The notes under the pieces: generated by a model | What the model was told of the DNA's origin: nothing | Database searches by the model: none | The model's input: the letters and a program-made list of their open reading frames with translations, nothing else | Position numbers and translations under genes: made by a program | Shown: piece by piece, positions 42,965-50,478 of the stretch | Layout: every line of letters begins with the position of its first letter | Numbering within the stretch: the stretch's first letter is position 1 | IMG/VR virus record: IMGVR_UViG_3300010362_000022 | Location: 1-50,478 of that record | Strand: one strand, 5' to 3' | Source of the DNA: a virus | Taxonomy: Duplodnaviria > Caudoviricetes | Length of the DNA stretch: 50,478 nucleotides

Positions 42965-44237
42965 TTTGAACGTCCTTCCTTAATCTTGAGTCGAAAGTAG
43001 ATGCTAAATCAAGCATAGACGGACTGTCTTCTGCTACAACTCCAGTAGGTGTCGGACTGCCTTGCGGCATGTTGCTGTTCAGCAATTGGTCGGCCTTAGG
43101 ATCTGGATGGGGAGCCAGGCCAACAACTTGCCGCATCTCATTCGACGTCATGATCTCATTACGAGTAAACTTATCGGCAATCTCAGCAATGTTCTCAACC
43201 GGAACCAAACGAAATGGATCTCGGAAGAACTCAATCGTCTGCTTTTGTGTCCGAGCAGTCTTGGTCAAGAAGGTGCGTCGCATCGCTTCGACAATGGCTG
43301 TAAGAACCGGCTCGATAGTACGATTCCAATAATTCAACATCGCCTTTTCATCGGCCGTACCATTCATGACCTCTTCGGTTAGACCAAGCTGACCATAAAG
43401 CATAGTCGTTAGATACTCGATCTGACCCATAAGACTATTCTCAGCCGGACGATTCAGCTGGGTGATCTTTTCAGTTCCGTCCGTATAGGCAATACCATAG
43501 GTACTGTTACTAAGTTGGAACTCAATGTCCTTACGTCGCTGCTCGGCTTGCTCTCTACGAGCTTCAGACTTGATCACATATGGAAGCTGAATGATTAGAT
43601 CAAGTTGTTTAGAAGCAGCTTGGTTATCGACTGTATCCAAAAGATTAAGTTTATGAAGCAAACGCTGAAGAGTCGAGTTCGGCTCGTTCATAACCGAATA
43701 CAAAGGATTTTCGACAATCGCCACCGCAGATTTCTGCAATGTAATTTCTTCTCGTTCACCTTTTGCTTCATTGTACAAATTGATTCGTACATGATTCGGA
43801 AACCAAGTTGTAATCTCGCCGACACGAAGCGTCAGGATGTCGAATCCCCCACTTTGCTGTGGACTAATCGAAGTATCAACAGGAACAAGCGCTGCAACGC
43901 CTCTATCAAAAAGTGTCATTGCTACATCTTGCCTAAACGCGCGCGCAGCTTGATCAATATTGGCTTCAACAGTCAAACAATTATTGAGACCGCTATCAAT
44001 GTCTTCAAGATACCGATGTTCCTTGTCCGTCCGTACATGACGCATATCTACTGACGCAACGTCAATGCTAAGACGTGTGTAAATTGAAGAGATGAGTGAG
44101 CGTTCATTGGGAATTCTAAGTCTCACACGATCCGGTCTGCCCGATCCATAACCCACGGCTGGCTGAGCTTTGACTCTATACTCCTGATTCGAGAAAACAT
44201 TCCAAGCGTGTCTTAACGTATTACCAAATCGCGGCAC
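42948..44237 (-). CDS. Portal protein
   Basis: HK97-type portal features (LTVEAN..Q, MTSNEMR..VGL.P); follows terminase. Confidence 0.9.
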   Translation of the reverse strand: MPRFGNTLRHAWNVFSNQEYRVKAQPAVGYGSGRPDRVRLRIPNERSLISSIYTRLSIDVASVDMRHVRTDKEHRYLEDIDSGLNNCLTVEANIDQAARAFRQDVAMTLFDRGVAALVPVDTSISPQQSGGFDILTLRVGEITTWFPNHVRINLYNEAKGEREEITLQKSAVAIVENPLYSVMNEPNSTLQRLLHKLNLLDTVDNQAASKQLDLIIQLPYVIKSEARREQAEQRRKDIEFQLSNSTYGIAYTDGTEKITQLNRPAENSLMGQIEYLTTMLYGQLGLTEEVMNGTADEKAMLNYWNRTIEPVLTAIVEAMRRTFLTKTARTQKQTIEFFRDPFRLVPVENIAEIADKFTRNEIMTSNEMRQVVGLAPHPDPKADQLLNSNMPQGSPTPTGVVAEDSPSMLDLASTFDSRLRKDVQNGSRG

Positions 44238-44272
44238 CTCTCACCTCCTTTCCCAAAACTCACTCGTTTCAA

Positions 44273-44359
44273 TTAACCCCATCCAAACAAAAGCGCAAGA
44301 AGCAGAATCACCGCAATAGCAATTAGTGCGACTTCATTCCAAGTTTTAGGCATTATCAT
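44273..44359 (-). CDS. Tiny membrane protein (28 aa)
   Basis: Hand-translated MIMPKTWNEVALIAIAVILLLALLFGWG; ATGA overlap with terminase. Confidence 0.5.
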   Translation of the reverse strand: MIMPKTWNEVALIAIAVILLLALLFGWG

Positions 44360-46101
44360 TCGAACGCCTCCTTGTTTAACTTGTAGGCGATCCAAGCATC
44401 CATTAACGCAGCGACATTATCGATCTTCTCGTCCTGACGCTTCTTGAGCAACTTGCGATTTCCATTCGTATCCTCGAGTGTAATCGCATTACCCATCGCA
44501 AACGACATCAACGCTTGATCGAAGATCAACAGTCGCTCTTCACTCATAATTTTGATCTCGCCCAAAGGAACCGATTCCGTCTTGGCTCCTTGAATGATCT
44601 TCTCGATTCCAAACGGTCCGTTCTCACCTTCCCAACGAGCAACAAATTCCTTGGCATTGTATGGATCGTAGCCAAGCGCCCGAACGTCGTATTCGGAAGC
44701 CTGAATAAAACGATCGAGGTCGTCATATACTTCCATCATGTCGAGAATGTTTCCCGGCATGACATGCAAGCTTCCTTCATTGACGAATTCCTCGTATTTT
44801 TGACGCATCGCCGCCGGAAGTTTGAACAACGTGAGCTCGGTAATATAACTACGTGTCTTTATTCCATATTTTTCACGACCAAGGGGAAATAAGAATGTGA
44901 ATGCACAAAAGTCGTCACCTTGAGACAAGTCGGCTCCAAGCGCACATGCCATTTGCCAGAATTCTCGAGAGCGATGTGGAAGGGTTTCTTCATACGTAAA
45001 GAAATAAGTGTAACCCTCCATTGGAATTCCGAATCGCTTAGCGAGGATATCATTTCGACTAGCAGGTGCTTTTTCGGCTCGTTCCACATCCAATTGATAT
45101 GTCTCATAGGAAACCGTCGCCCCAAGATTTGGATTCGCCTTTACCCACATTGCTGGATCAGCAACTTCCTCGATCTCATCGAGCTTGTAATGCCAGATCG
45201 AAACATGTGGTGCCAAGTATTCACCTTTAAGAATATCCGCTAATTCCATCTTGATCGTATCGCCCGAACCCGCTCGAACAGTTCCTTCAGAGCTAATAGC
45301 TACAATCAGATAATCTTCCAGTTTCGAGGCTCCCTGTTCGACAGCGCCTACAACATCTTCGCGCAGATCTCCTGATAACCACTCGTCAATCGTAGAAATC
45401 TTTGGGCGAAGACCTTGCAGCTTGTTGATCGCCATCGGACGAACTTCAAGCAATGAGCCCGTGAGGAAGTTCTCGATCCCTTTCTTGGTCGCTGCCAACT
45501 TGACTCGATTAGCTCTCGAGCCGGTTGTATTCTGCAGCGATCCTTCGGTTAAGAACTTGAACAGAGGCCCGCGCGCGCGCGTGATCGCAGTCCGAAATGG
45601 GGACATCACCTCGTCAGCCTGCTTCATTGTTGGCGCTGTAGTGACTTGATGAGTCGTCGCAGTGTCAACATTAAGAAAATACGAATGAATAGTTGAAGCA
45701 TACATGGACTTTGCTGCACCTCGAGCGACGATCAAGTACTGTTTGAGCGTTAAACGTTTTTTGATCAGACGTTTCTCATAATGACCGCCATGATTCTCTT
45801 TTGTGGGAACGTATACACTCCGTTCGACGAAGTAATACCATCCAAAGATTTGTTCGGCCCACAATTTAAAAGAATCCAGCAAATGTAAATCAGATCCATC
45901 CGTTAACGTCAACTCCCCTTCACAATATCGAATAAATCCTTCGATAGCTTGATCATCGTAATAGATGTTGGGGTTAGCAATGAGCGAATCGATTCGATTC
46001 ATCTCCATCGAGATTTCTCGATTAACCGGAATCTCACCGCGGAGAACTGCCTCGCGAAACAGACCGTAATAGATCGGTGTCGCAGTATTAGACAGACCCA
46101 T
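44356..46101 (-). CDS. terL: Terminase large subunit
   Basis: VARGAAKS Walker A, TIDE Walker B, GADLS..DD nuclease, YDPYNA, KIDNVAA. Confidence 0.95.
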   Translation of the reverse strand: MGLSNTATPIYYGLFREAVLRGEIPVNREISMEMNRIDSLIANPNIYYDDQAIEGFIRYCEGELTLTDGSDLHLLDSFKLWAEQIFGWYYFVERSVYVPTKENHGGHYEKRLIKKRLTLKQYLIVARGAAKSMYASTIHSYFLNVDTATTHQVTTAPTMKQADEVMSPFRTAITRARGPLFKFLTEGSLQNTTGSRANRVKLAATKKGIENFLTGSLLEVRPMAINKLQGLRPKISTIDEWLSGDLREDVVGAVEQGASKLEDYLIVAISSEGTVRAGSGDTIKMELADILKGEYLAPHVSIWHYKLDEIEEVADPAMWVKANPNLGATVSYETYQLDVERAEKAPASRNDILAKRFGIPMEGYTYFFTYEETLPHRSREFWQMACALGADLSQGDDFCAFTFLFPLGREKYGIKTRSYITELTLFKLPAAMRQKYEEFVNEGSLHVMPGNILDMMEVYDDLDRFIQASEYDVRALGYDPYNAKEFVARWEGENGPFGIEKIIQGAKTESVPLGEIKIMSEERLLIFDQALMSFAMGNAITLEDTNGNRKLLKKRQDEKIDNVAALMDAWIAYKLNKEAFE

Positions 46102-46118
46102 ACTAACCTCCCTTCAAT

Positions 46119-46208
46119 TTATTCACCGCCTTCGTCCCGCCTCATAGCGATCACCAAGACAACAAGAAGGATGATGACAACTATAGCTACAGCAATTGTG
46201 TCTTTCAT
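46119..46208 (-). CDS. Tiny membrane protein (29 aa)
   Basis: Hand-translated MKDTIAVAIVVIILLVVLVIAMRRDEGGE; ATGA overlap. Confidence 0.55.
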   Translation of the reverse strand: MKDTIAVAIVVIILLVVLVIAMRRDEGGE

Positions 46209-46969
46209 GCAGCAAGTGCCCCCAGTTGAATCAAACGCTTCTTAACTTGTTGTCCGGCAACATCGTTAGCAGCGTTTTGAGCTGTACTTTTACCCGTTTG
46301 ACCAAGCAAAGTAGCAACAAATTTCTTACCCGCATTCATATCGTTGTAATTAAGTCGCTTGGCATTCTGTTCGAGCTGTAAACGCCTTGAATAGTCTTGT
46401 AATTCCTTGTCCGAGAGCGCTTTCAGCCCACTTTTCTTTCCCACTCGTTGCAGCGTACGGGCACGAACAGCGTCAGGATGAGCAGGATGCCCTTCGCCAC
46501 CAGAAGTCCTGATCTTTTTTCGTTTATCACTGATGATGACTTCCCGTGGACCAACAGTGGCCTTGCGACGGACACCCCACTTCATTCCTTTGACGCCGTG
46601 ATGTGCGAGAATATTCTCGACCATATTGTCAGACTGTTTCAGTGAGTCCGGCGGTTCTTCTCCTAGTTGACTATAGTATCTCCTAAGAGCATTAGCTGCT
46701 TTCGTCTTCTGTTCTGGAGGAGCTTTGAGTGGCGATCGTGCTCCAGCTAATGCGGCTGCCGCAGCATGAACTCCATTTCGACTCAACGCTCCATTCGGAG
46801 TCTTGACCGGAAGCTTACATTCACTTTTAGAGGTAGGAGCACCGCTATGCAAGTGGATCAAACAGGCAGAATGCCATTGTTCAATCGTATAATCAGCTTC
46901 CGTGTAAGAACTCCACGGTTTTTCTGAAATATGAAGAAGAATTTTTTCTACGATTGAGGCGGTGTCCAT
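46205..46969 (-). CDS. Virion-associated protein with LAHHGVKGMKWGVRR motif
   Basis: Motif typical of this phage group; N-terminal CKLP...G.L...GVHAAA..L.GAR domain. Confidence 0.75.
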   Translation of the reverse strand: MDTASIVEKILLHISEKPWSSYTEADYTIEQWHSACLIHLHSGAPTSKSECKLPVKTPNGALSRNGVHAAAAALAGARSPLKAPPEQKTKAANALRRYYSQLGEEPPDSLKQSDNMVENILAHHGVKGMKWGVRRKATVGPREVIISDKRKKIRTSGGEGHPAHPDAVRARTLQRVGKKSGLKALSDKELQDYSRRLQLEQNAKRLNYNDMNAGKKFVATLLGQTGKSTAQNAANDVAGQQVKKRLIQLGALAA

Positions 46970-46977
46970 CTCGCCTC

Positions 46978-47202
46978 CTATTCCGTTTTCTCAGCCTCAG
47001 CGGCTTCCTTCTTTGCCGACTTCTTCTTCGTTTCTTTCTTCTCTTCATGAATCTCATGGCCTAGTCGCTCTGAACGAGCCTTTCTTGCTTCCTCACGCTC
47101 TGCGGTTTTGCGTTCATGTGCGGCCACGGGATCTTCACGTTCGGTCTTCTCCGGCTCAGCTGTCGAATCAGCCGCGGCCTGATCGAGTCCCTCAACTCCC
47201 AT
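46978..47202 (-). CDS. Charged hypothetical protein
   Basis: GGTGGTG RBS-like sequence; E/K/A-rich. Confidence 0.65.
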   Translation of the reverse strand: MGVEGLDQAAADSTAEPEKTEREDPVAAHERKTAEREEARKARSERLGHEIHEEKKETKKKSAKKEAAEAEKTE

Positions 47203-47220
47203 CGTTCACCACCTTCCTAT

Positions 47221-47700
47221 TTAACCTCTCAAACCTCGACGAACCGGTTGAGTACCATTATCCACCCAACGTCTCCACGCGGCCATGTCGGAAAAGTAGG
47301 CGGCATCTTCGATCGCATCGGGATCTGTTGGATACGGATCAGGATCAGTCCAGCCCGTCTCTTCCCGATGCACATTCAAACGCCACTCGAGTTCTTTGAT
47401 TTGATCATTAACGGCTGTGATTAGATACGATGTTGACGGAGGGTCAAACAGCTGTCGTACACGAAGAAAAACATATGTCCTTACTGAATTGTACTGAAGA
47501 TCATCGACAATATAATCAGTCCAAAGCTTGGTGTCATCTTCGATCATGAATCCCTCAGCTGGTCCAACCCCCAACTGGGTGAGAGTGGAAAAAGCGGTAT
47601 TAATATGTGTAATGATATCGAGATCGAATACGGCGTAATCTTCAGCAACTCCGAGAATTTTCTTTGTACTAGTGAGAATACTTTGTTCCATCTTCTTCAC
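47221..47700 (-). CDS. Head-to-tail adaptor
   Basis: SILTSTKKILG...FD.DI..HIN...L.QLGVGP...V..LFDPP...E.EWRL. Confidence 0.75.
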   Translation of the reverse strand: MKKMEQSILTSTKKILGVAEDYAVFDLDIITHINTAFSTLTQLGVGPAEGFMIEDDTKLWTDYIVDDLQYNSVRTYVFLRVRQLFDPPSTSYLITAVNDQIKELEWRLNVHREETGWTDPDPYPTDPDAIEDAAYFSDMAAWRRWVDNGTQPVRRGLRG

Positions 47701-47714
47701 CCACTTTTCTTTAA

Positions 47715-47867
47715 TTAATCTTCGTCGGCCTGCTCAGTCTCAGGCTCAGTATCAGGCACATGCGGAATCTCGCCACCGTCGTAGCGCTCACCCTCCTGCT
47801 CTTCCTCAGACGGAGCTGTATCGGGAGCCTCAGGAGCGGTGGCGGGTTCGGGCTGTGTCTCTGTCAT
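47715..47867 (-). CDS. Acidic Pro-rich protein (50 aa)
   Basis: Hand-translated MTETQPEPATAPEAPDTAPSEEEQEGERYDGGEIPHVPDTEPETEQADED; GAAAGGA RBS. Confidence 0.6.
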   Translation of the reverse strand: MTETQPEPATAPEAPDTAPSEEEQEGERYDGGEIPHVPDTEPETEQADED

Positions 47868-47878
47868 GTCTATTCCTT

Positions 47879-48787
47879 TCATTCCGCTGCTCGAACAAAT
47901 ACCGTACCTTGACTATTACGATTTCTTGTTCGTTGCATAACTTGACCGCCATTGGAATTATTGGACGTTGAGGTATTACCTTCGATTGCCTCGAATACGC
48001 CCGAACTATTTGGCGTTGTAAGTACAATTCCGATATGATCATACTCACCATCACGAGACCAGTCATAACAAACTAGGTCTCCCGGCTTTGGTGAGCTAAC
48101 AATCGATAGACCATACTTACCCAAACGAGCGTCGTTAACAATATAAGGAACATACGAATAACGACTGCTTCTCATAAAACTTTTTGCCGGACTACCACTA
48201 AGTTGATCGCACCAAGTGCAGAAAATCGCGCACCAAGGAACTCCATTCATCCCATACCAAGAGCCATACTCCTGCATATTGGAATTCATAGGTGATTCTT
48301 TCTTACCTACTTGTGACTGCGCTTTCTTCAAGCGCGCTTGTGCAGAAGTAGCCGGTTTATCGCTTGGCTCTTGTCCCTTGAAGCGATCAAAAGCCGCATT
48401 GAGCAACTCAACCGAACGAGCATCCATCGCATACTGCCCCGCATTGGGGAGTCCTTCGGGAATGATGATCGAACGGAGCATATTAAACGTTTCTTTTCCA
48501 ATGAATCCAGTTGCTTGAATTTTCTGCTGCCTCTGGACACCAGCAACTCCAGTATCGAGGACATTAGGCCCTTTACCCTGTGAAAATCCGTTGCTAAAGG
48601 CCTGATCGAACGTTTGCCACTTCCAACGTCCGGCACGACTGATCGTACGTTTATAGGCCTCGACATCCGGCCCATCCATCGACGGCTTGTACTTTGGGGC
48701 GGAATTTGGTGGATATAGTGGTCTCGGGAAGCCTTTTACAGCCACCATCGGTCCGCCAGGATAGCCCATTTCGTACCATTCGGGCAT
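47879..48787 (-). CDS. Endolysin (PG-binding-like N-terminus and CHAP domain)
   Basis: PWCAIF, PGDLV.YDW, HIGIV, IEGNTS. Confidence 0.85.
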   Translation of the reverse strand: MPEWYEMGYPGGPMVAVKGFPRPLYPPNSAPKYKPSMDGPDVEAYKRTISRAGRWKWQTFDQAFSNGFSQGKGPNVLDTGVAGVQRQQKIQATGFIGKETFNMLRSIIIPEGLPNAGQYAMDARSVELLNAAFDRFKGQEPSDKPATSAQARLKKAQSQVGKKESPMNSNMQEYGSWYGMNGVPWCAIFCTWCDQLSGSPAKSFMRSSRYSYVPYIVNDARLGKYGLSIVSSPKPGDLVCYDWSRDGEYDHIGIVLTTPNSSGVFEAIEGNTSTSNNSNGGQVMQRTRNRNSQGTVFVRAAE

Positions 48788-49032
48788 TATTCCTCCTTAT
48801 TCGGCTCATTCTGGGTAGCTCTACTTCTCCCCAAGAGATAGCCGGAGCCTAAACCGATAAACGCCCCGAACATGCTCGACCAAGTATTGATTAATTTCAC
48901 GGCCAAAGCATCATCGCCCCAAATAATAACCGCGGTCATTCCAAGCGCATATAACACGAAGATTATGAAAACGCCTTTGATAAACGTCAGGAATATCTGA
49001 TCTACGCTGTTCATCGCTTCGGTTCGAGACAA
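48787..49032 (-). CDS. Two-TM membrane protein (holin candidate)
   Basis: Two hydrophobic helices; immediately upstream of the endolysin. Confidence 0.6.
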   Translation of the reverse strand: MSRTEAMNSVDQIFLTFIKGVFIIFVLYALGMTAVIIWGDDALAVKLINTWSSMFGAFIGLGSGYLLGRSRATQNEPNKEE

Positions 49033-49403
49033 GTCCAGATCGTAACTTGTCCGCCAGGAGTATTAATCTTCAAGAATCCTGGAGAATAACCCGTCGGAGC
49101 TCCTCCACATACTCCACCACCAGTTCCAGCCGGTCCCGGAGGCCCTTGTGGACCTGTTTCGCCGATTGGACCTGTTTCACCTATTGGTCCTTGTGCACCT
49201 TTGTCTCCAGTATCACCTTTCGGTCCAGCTGGACCTTGTGGACCGGTTTCACCCGGCGGTCCTTGCACTCCTGTACCGACATCAACGGTAACCGTTCTTG
49301 GTTCTTCAGCATTTCCCTGCGCAAAAGTGGTTGCAGCCAAATAACCTGAAGTTCCGGCAAGCGCAATACTCGATAAGCCTAATATCCAAACTTTCCATCT
49401 CAT
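49011..49403 (-). CDS. Exported collagen-repeat protein
   Basis: N-terminal signal/TM, long GxY run, C-terminal Cys pair. Confidence 0.7.
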   Translation of the reverse strand: MRWKVWILGLSSIALAGTSGYLAATTFAQGNAEEPRTVTVDVGTGVQGPPGETGPQGPAGPKGDTGDKGAQGPIGETGPIGETGPQGPPGPAGTGGGVCGGAPTGYSPGFLKINTPGGQVTIWTCLEPKR

Positions 49404-49615
49404 AGGTCGTCCTTTCCGACCTCTGATTCCTCCAATCCTACTCCTTCGTCTAATCCATCACGAAACGCTTGGAAGCGTTCGTCACAGATCCTTTTTCCCC
49501 GCTTCTGCTCATAGTGGATCGCGCCAAGCGCTGTCAGAAGACTGCCCGCATCGGAAAGAAAAACGCCAATCGTTCCTAGAAGATCACCTTCGATGTTCGC
49601 TATACCAACGATCAT
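49400..49615 (-). CDS. Small membrane-associated protein
   Basis: AAGGA RBS; one hydrophobic segment. Confidence 0.6.
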   Translation of the reverse strand: MIVGIANIEGDLLGTIGVFLSDAGSLLTALGAIHYEQKRGKRICDERFQAFRDGLDEGVGLEESEVGKDDL

Positions 49616-49624
49616 GTCGATTCC

Positions 49625-50038
49625 TTACCAGAGTGTCGTATCACCTCGCTCCCTCACCACGGGACCCCTCGGAAGTAAACTTGCATCGCCGAAATGAATG
49701 GCATTATGAGTTTGTAAGGACGTAGTCACGAGAAAATTAGGATCGATAACCCAATCTTCATTGTGCTTCAAATCATCTGGCGTTACCGGATTCATATGAT
49801 GAACCAGCAAGCCGGAATAGATTTCAAAACCGGAAACACCAAGATCACAACCATTGTCACGTGTTATGACATGATTTCGCACTCGTTTCCACTCTCGAGA
49901 CTTGTAAAAACGTTGATTGACCCATCGATCGAAGCCAAAGGTCTCTCTTCCGAGAACTCCTTTTAATTCGAGGTAATAATAACGATCTTCGAACGTTTCC
50001 AATTGACGAAGCTCGATATAGGTCCTAATCTTCGACAT
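49625..50038 (-). CDS. HNH endonuclease (packaging-associated)
   Basis: FYKSREWKRVR..VI.RD.GCDL...VHHMNP...NFLV....THNAIH; start reassigned to MSKIRTY. Confidence 0.85.
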   Translation of the reverse strand: MSKIRTYIELRQLETFEDRYYYLELKGVLGRETFGFDRWVNQRFYKSREWKRVRNHVITRDNGCDLGVSGFEIYSGLLVHHMNPVTPDDLKHNEDWVIDPNFLVTTSLQTHNAIHFGDASLLPRGPVVRERGDTTLW

Positions 50039-50372
50039 TGGATTCGGGAGTCGGCAAATCTCCCGCGTAAGAGCGCATAGCCGTAAGCGCCTCCATGTAC
50101 AGCTCTTCCACGCGCTTCTGAGATTCGAGAGCCTCAATTTTTACTCGTGTAAGTTCGTTCTCGTGCTCGAGCCGCTGCTGTTCGAGCTGTTCACGACTCG
50201 AACCCAGCTTCAAGAAATGTGTTATGACCTGCGATGAAGCAACTCCGCTTCGGATCTGCTGTTCGGCAAGGTCAATTGCGGCTGAAACCATCTCACGCTC
50301 GCGAGCTTCAGGAGTTGTCGCGGGTTTGCGCCGCCTTGGAACTATTTCCAAGTGTCTTTTCCTTGCTGGCAC
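50025..50372 (-). CDS. Putative terminase small subunit
   Basis: First gene of the genome; PATTPEARE..M...A.DLAE.Q...G.ASSQVITHFLKLGS; GGAGG RBS, GTG start. Confidence 0.55.
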   Translation of the reverse strand: MPARKRHLEIVPRRRKPATTPEAREREMVSAAIDLAEQQIRSGVASSQVITHFLKLGSSREQLEQQRLEHENELTRVKIEALESQKRVEELYMEALTAMRSYAGDLPTPESNVED

Positions 50373-50478
50373 GCGACCTCCTTCCACTTTGTGCTGAGTT
50401 CGAGCTCTTTTCCAATGACTTTAAACCCCCGATAAACAAAGACATTCAGGGAAAAATTCCCCCGGGGTTATTTTTGGG

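Noticed and set aside
1-50478. Prophage or temperate lifestyle
   Set aside because: No integrase, repressor switch, att site or host genes recognised

Overview
The window looks like a near-complete siphovirus genome in reverse orientation: every credible gene is on the minus strand. Reading from the right end: putative small terminase/HNH, lysis genes (membrane proteins, CHAP endolysin), large terminase, portal, protease-capsid fusion, head-tail genes, two major-tail paralogs, tape measure, Dit and a minor tail protein. Then come an array of promoter-small gene-terminator cassettes (about 23.6-28.5 kb), a 1253-aa helicase-primase-polymerase fusion, SSB, an Rpf-like muralytic enzyme, an SF2 helicase, a separate cluster of paralogous tail-fibre-like genes, VRR-NUC and Cas4-like nucleases, and a 906-aa protein with the two-barrel RNA polymerase motif GADFDGD. 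From memory, this organisation matches the actinobacteriophage AM/AU/AW/BI/CC/DJ/EL and Lactococcus 1706-like group. No integrase or repressor was recognised. The most notable signal is a candidate phage transcription system: the putative RNA polymerase plus 11 copies of a fixed-geometry motif WCGCA-N6-AC-N6-TATAAT. Four copies drive only short closed-stem RNAs, one of which displays two identical 9-nt loops. Several further structured non-coding elements lie at 13.3-15.6 kb and 24 kb. All annotation is by eye; no searches or folding programs were run.
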